This document shows, in pieces, positions 60,247-64,000 of a DNA stretch of 64,000 nucleotides. The notes under the pieces are model-generated. The model saw only the letters and a program-made list of their open reading frames with translations. It was not told where the DNA came from and ran no database searches. A program made the position numbers and the translations under genes. The first letter of the stretch is position 1; each line of letters starts with the position of its first letter. The stretch is from Acidobacteriota bacterium (GTDB lineage: Bacteria; Acidobacteriota; Blastocatellia; RBC074), in contig JAEUQO010000211.1 in the NCBI GenBank assembly GCA_016789605.1, positions 1,798-65,797 of the forward strand. Reading direction: 5' to 3'.

Positions 60247-60861
60247 ATGAAAGGCTGGGAATTGACGGCGGAGGGCTTCGATCTTTTCCTCAATTGGCTG
60301 TCTGCTGATCGGGAACAGGCTGGAAGGAAGTTCGAAGCGCTCAGGCGAAGGTTGGTCACATTCTTTGATGCGCGCGGTTGCCTGGACGCGGAAGGGTTGG
60401 CAGATAAGACCATAGATCGGCTGGTCCGCAAATTACCCACCCTCACACCTGAATTTCTTGCCTCGTTTACCGAAACGACCACCGCTGCTAAAGATTCACA
60501 TGCCGCTTACTGCTACCGGTTCGCGCATTACATCCACCTGGAATACTTGCAAAACATACGAACTGAAGAAGGGCTGCTGACGGAAATTGCCCCGCTGGCC
60601 GTAGTAGAGGCGGATGAGCAAGATGCCGAAGAATCTCGCTTTAATTGTCTGGATCATTGCCTGGAAACCCTACCTCGCGAGAAGCGGGAACTGCTGCTGC
60701 TTTATTTCGAAAAGGAAAAGCAGGCTAAGGTGGAGCACCATAAACGGCTGGCTGACCATTTCGGTCTTTCGCTCAATGCCTTGCGCCTGCAAATTCACCG
60801 CCTGACCCACAAACTCTACGATTGCATCACCGCCTGCCAAACGCAGGAAACAAACGCCTGA
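60247..60861 (+). CDS. divergent ECF-like sigma-70 family protein
   Basis: ORF 60199..60861 (GTG). I prefer ATG 60247, but this is uncertain. FDLFLNWLSADREQAGRKFEALRRRLVTFFDARGCLDAEGLADKTIDRLVRKL resembles the region-2-like N-terminus of a sigma-70-like family I recall from Acidobacteria and Planctomycetes. Region 4: LPREKRELLLLYF...LADHFGLSLNALRLQIHRLTHKL. Confidence 0.65.
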   Translation: MKGWELTAEGFDLFLNWLSADREQAGRKFEALRRRLVTFFDARGCLDAEGLADKTIDRLVRKLPTLTPEFLASFTETTTAAKDSHAAYCYRFAHYIHLEYLQNIRTEEGLLTEIAPLAVVEADEQDAEESRFNCLDHCLETLPREKRELLLLYFEKEKQAKVEHHKRLADHFGLSLNALRLQIHRLTHKLYDCITACQTQETNA

Positions 60862-60924
60862 AATTTTTTGCGCGCGGAGCCGACATAAAGCGCCAGTGCA
60901 AAAACGTCTTTCAGCGAGGACGTG

Positions 60925-63900
60925 ATGATTTCACACACAGAAGAAGAAAAACTGATTCGACGTTACCTGCTGGGGCAAACGACGCCAGAGGAACGACAAA
61001 AAGTGGAAGAAGGTCTGTTTAGCGAAGGGATATCTATCAATAGCCTGCATTTTGGCGAAGAGGAATTGGATTACGCCGAACTCTTTCGCCTGCTTGAACA
61101 TGAACTGATTGCCGATTACGCACGCGGAGCACTGACGGCAGAAGAGCAATCGCTCTTTGAAAAACATTTTTTGTGTACGCCCAAACGGCGAGAAAAATTG
61201 TCGTTGGCCCAATCAGTCGTGTCTTATGCCGAAACAAAGAAAAAGGCTGCCGATCCGATTCTGACGCCAACGCCTGCCAGAATTGAAGAGCGTTTGTCTG
61301 ATCGAACTGGTGGTCGCCCTCTCTCCGTTCCGCCTTCTTGGGAAAATCCTCGTTGGTGGCGAACACTTTTTTTGCCCGGTTGGAAACTTACTGCGTATGC
61401 TGCCCTAATTGCGGGTGTCATCCTTGGTGTCTTGTATCTACAAACGAAAGAATCATCTGTAAGCCACGCCCTGGCGGCGCTTAACCAAGCGTATCAACGC
61501 GAGCGTCCGCTAGAAACTCGGGTCTCTGGGGTCAACTATGCCCCTGCTGCCCGCACCCGTAGCCTTTCCACAAATGGGGCGGAACAGAGCGGTGTGGCCA
61601 AAGTTGATTATGTTGCGCGCGATCGCGCGGCAAGATTACTTTTGGACGCAGTTGCGGAAAGACCTGATTCTGTGTCGCATCACGCGCTAGGCCGTTTTTA
61701 CCTGCTTAATAAAGAGCTTGATAAGGCGTCAGACCAACTTGAAAGTGCGCTGAAACTTGCGCCGAATGACGCGTTGACGCATAACGATCTGGCACTGGTA
61801 TTGCTCGAAAAAGGGCTTTTAGCGGGCCAAAAAGACCCGCCAGCAAATAGTCTAGAGCTATTCGCGGCAAGTCTGGAGCAGCTTAATACCGCACTGAAGC
61901 TTGCCCCCAAATTACCTGAAGCACTGTTTAACCGCGCCATTGTTTATCAACATCTTTCTTTGCCGCAAAATGCGATATCCGATTGGCAAACTTATCTTTC
62001 TGTTGATGGCACGTCTCCCTGGGCGAAAGAGGCCCAAACCAGACTGAAGGAATTGCAAGAACAGCAACAACGCCGCGCACAAACACGTAGTGAGTTGTTC
62101 CCTGAATTTCTGCAAGCGGATAAAGCGGCCAATGAGGAGCTTGCCTGGCAGCTTTTTGCCAGAGCCAGATCGCGAACAGGCAATCTGATCACCGAACAAT
62201 TACTGGATGAATGGTTCGACAAGGCAAAGGACAAAAGTAAATTAAGCGAACTAGATTCTTTACCGATTCTGGAATCGGCCGGCGAGCGCGAGCGTCGTCG
62301 CGTAGATGATCATTTCACAGCCGACCTCGTTCATTTCTATAAAACATTCGCAAGGGCTCAGCCAAACACGCGGTTTGAAAAATTGACGACTGCCCGACAC
62401 CTTGTGCGACAGGCTCGTGCTGAATTCAATGCGAGTAGATTTGCGTCAGCAGCCCGGCTATTCGGGCAAGCCGCCGCTAGCTATCAGGCCTTGGGAAATC
62501 AGCCTGAAATGATGTTGGCGCAATGCTGGTCAGCACATAGCCTATTACGCTTACCCGACCTCAAGCAGAGCCTTTTACTTTACCAGTCCTTGCTCCCTGC
62601 TTGCTCACAATATCGCTATCGCTGGCTGCAGTCACAAATCCTTAATGCCATTGCCGACAATCAAAGCTCGCGTAGCCAATATTCCCAGGCTTTGGACTAC
62701 GCTGATCAATCGCGCGCCATCGCCCTCAAGATAGAAGATACCGCAGGAGCACTCAGGAATTTGCAATTTGGGTTGTCTATGAAATTGCAGTTTGGCAATT
62801 ATCGCGATTCATTGACATACTCTGCACAAGCTTTTGAGTTGGCTCAAAATACTATTGGCGAACCACGCCAGCTATGGCATCTCTATTTCGAAAACGCACT
62901 GAATTTCCTACAGCTCGATCTCCCAACTGCAGCTCTCAGCTTCCAACACGAAGCCCTGCGCCTTGCTCTGGCAAGTAACTGGCCGCTGATTATCTGCCGG
63001 TCGTATATGCGGCTAGGAATGTTGTATGACCGGCTTGAGGACTACCAACAATCCTTGAAGTACCTGCAGCTTGCCTTGGCCGAAGGGCAAAAAATCCCTC
63101 TGACGGAAGGGCAGATAGACCTCACATCCCACACTTGGTTGCAATTAGGCCTCGTGCACCTTCGGCACAATGCTCCCCAACAGGCACTCTCTTGCTTTGA
63201 ACAGGCAAGCAGTCAATTTACACAAATTCATATCCCTTACGAACTGTATTGTGCGCGCAAAGGCAGATCACAGGCATTGTTACAGTTGGGCCGCGACCAA
63301 GAAGCCGGGCAAGAGCTGGCACAAGCCTTGCAGCTATACGAATTGCATCGCCAGACCATTGTGGAAGAAAGTCATCGCGTCAGCTTCTTCGACCTTGAGC
63401 AAGATATTTACGAACTGGCCACCGAATTTGCCTTTACCAAATCACACGATCAACGCCAAGCGTTTTCTTACGCGGAAGCTTCTCGTGCCCGTTCACTACT
63501 GGATTTGCAGCAAGGCGAAATACAGTTGATCCAACACGAAGGCCAGCCTGATATACGCCTTGCGACGTTTGCTCAGCCTTTATCATTTTCCGATATCCAA
63601 CAACGCTTACCGGCGGAAACTCAAATTGTACTTTACGCTACGCTCAAAAACAGGCTTCTCATCTGGCTTGTTTCCAACACTTCTTTTCAAGCTGTGGAAA
63701 TGCCGATCTCTCAGGCAGAACTTCGGCAGAAAGTAGCGCTTTTCCGGCAAAGGATTGCAGTAGCCTCCGAGAGAATAAGCCCCTCTGACGACGCACTGGG
63801 CAAGGAACTGTACAACCTGTTGATAACCCCCATCGCGGCTGCGCTTAATCCCCAAAAGCTGGTATGCATTGTGCCGGACGATTGCTTGCACGAACTCTCT

Positions 63901-64000
63901 TTTGCAGCACTCGTTTCTCCATCCCAGAACTGCTATTTAATTGACCAGTATGTGCTGACGTGGGCACCGAGCGCGTCCTTGTTCGTCTTGCGTGGGGGCC
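60925..64000 (+). CDS. fusion protein: anti-sigma-like N-terminus + one TM helix + TPR region + start of CHAT domain (3' end off window)
   Basis: Absent from the ORF track because there is no stop before the window end. My translation from ATG 60925 (GAGGA 4 nt upstream) is open to 63999. It contains a degenerate zf-HC2-type motif (LIADYARGALTAEEQSLFEKHFLCTPKRREKL), a TM helix WKLTAYAALIAGVILGVLYL (61381-61440) and TPR-like helices. The last roughly 130 aa align by eye with the pre-CHAT/CHAT start of the 24250..26859 protein (KLVCIVPDDCLHELSFAALV vs KLILVPDGVLSYLPFETLA). Confidence 0.7.
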   Translation, partial: MISHTEEEKLIRRYLLGQTTPEERQKVEEGLFSEGISINSLHFGEEELDYAELFRLLEHELIADYARGALTAEEQSLFEKHFLCTPKRREKLSLAQSVVSYAETKKKAADPILTPTPARIEERLSDRTGGRPLSVPPSWENPRWWRTLFLPGWKLTAYAALIAGVILGVLYLQTKESSVSHALAALNQAYQRERPLETRVSGVNYAPAARTRSLSTNGAEQSGVAKVDYVARDRAARLLLDAVAERPDSVSHHALGRFYLLNKELDKASDQLESALKLAPNDALTHNDLALVLLEKGLLAGQKDPPANSLELFAASLEQLNTALKLAPKLPEALFNRAIVYQHLSLPQNAISDWQTYLSVDGTSPWAKEAQTRLKELQEQQQRRAQTRSELFPEFLQADKAANEELAWQLFARARSRTGNLITEQLLDEWFDKAKDKSKLSELDSLPILESAGERERRRVDDHFTADLVHFYKTFARAQPNTRFEKLTTARHLVRQARAEFNASRFASAARLFGQAAASYQALGNQPEMMLAQCWSAHSLLRLPDLKQSLLLYQSLLPACSQYRYRWLQSQILNAIADNQSSRSQYSQALDYADQSRAIALKIEDTAGALRNLQFGLSMKLQFGNYRDSLTYSAQAFELAQNTIGEPRQLWHLYFENALNFLQLDLPTAALSFQHEALRLALASNWPLIICRSYMRLGMLYDRLEDYQQSLKYLQLALAEGQKIPLTEGQIDLTSHTWLQLGLVHLRHNAPQQALSCFEQASSQFTQIHIPYELYCARKGRSQALLQLGRDQEAGQELAQALQLYELHRQTIVEESHRVSFFDLEQDIYELATEFAFTKSHDQRQAFSYAEASRARSLLDLQQGEIQLIQHEGQPDIRLATFAQPLSFSDIQQRLPAETQIVLYATLKNRLLIWLVSNTSFQAVEMPISQAELRQKVALFRQRIAVASERISPSDDALGKELYNLLITPIAAALNPQKLVCIVPDDCLHELSFAALVSPSQNCYLIDQYVLTWAPSASLFVLRGG

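Noticed and set aside
63170-63891. ORFs 63170..63529 (+) and 63607..63891 (-) listed in the track.
   Set aside because: Both lie inside the long open frame that starts at 60925. That frame has coherent TPR/CHAT-like sequence and homology to the 24250..26859 protein, and these two ORFs are out of frame or antisense to it.
1-64000. Search for tRNA, rRNA, tmRNA, RNase P, riboswitch cores, transposase/integrase, toxin-antitoxin pairs, reverse transcriptase and cas genes.
   Set aside because: By eye I found no T-loop/acceptor patterns (GGTTCGAATCC-like) in intergenic DNA, no rRNA-like stretches, and no proteins with the relevant catalytic motifs. A covariance-model or HMM scan would be needed to exclude small or divergent elements.

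Overview
The window reads as a chromosomal segment of an Acidobacteria-type genome. This placement is an inference from gene content: giant CarboxypepD_reg-type TonB-dependent receptors, a VWFA-related secreted protein, and many TPR, CHAT and BNR proteins. I ran no database search; products are assigned from motifs I recognise in the translations. I support about 50 protein-coding genes, mostly on the minus strand. Two of them run off the window edges and are therefore missing from the ORF track: a TPR protein at 1..1035 (-) and an anti-sigma/TPR/CHAT fusion at 60925..64000 (+). I found no rRNA, tRNA, CRISPR array, transposase or integrase.

Housekeeping genes include tlyA, ddl, arginase, asnS, kptA, ubiD-family, ispB-like, yajQ, tatD, carD, and two SurA-like PPIases.

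Accessory or unusual content, in priority order:
1. Two unrelated copies of an ECF sigma / anti-sigma / TPR-CHAT (caspase-like protease) module. One is split into three genes (24250-28267). The other has the anti-sigma, a TM helix, TPR and CHAT fused in one polypeptide (60247-64000+). The fused copy lies in a visibly AT-richer block next to an orphan 863-aa secreted protein. This is my best candidate for an undescribed proteolytic sigma-release system.
2. A compact sigma-54 circuit: an NtrC-type activator, an exact TGGCAC-N5-TTGCT promoter, tandem-USP and PNPOx-like genes, and a PAS hybrid kinase.
3. A roughly 1235-codon TonB-dependent receptor interrupted by a single in-frame TAG.
4. A paralogous barrel protein that lacks the plug.
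5. A sulfatase with a non-canonical CGVSR active-site motif.
6. A four-gene ATGA-coupled operon containing kptA and asnS.
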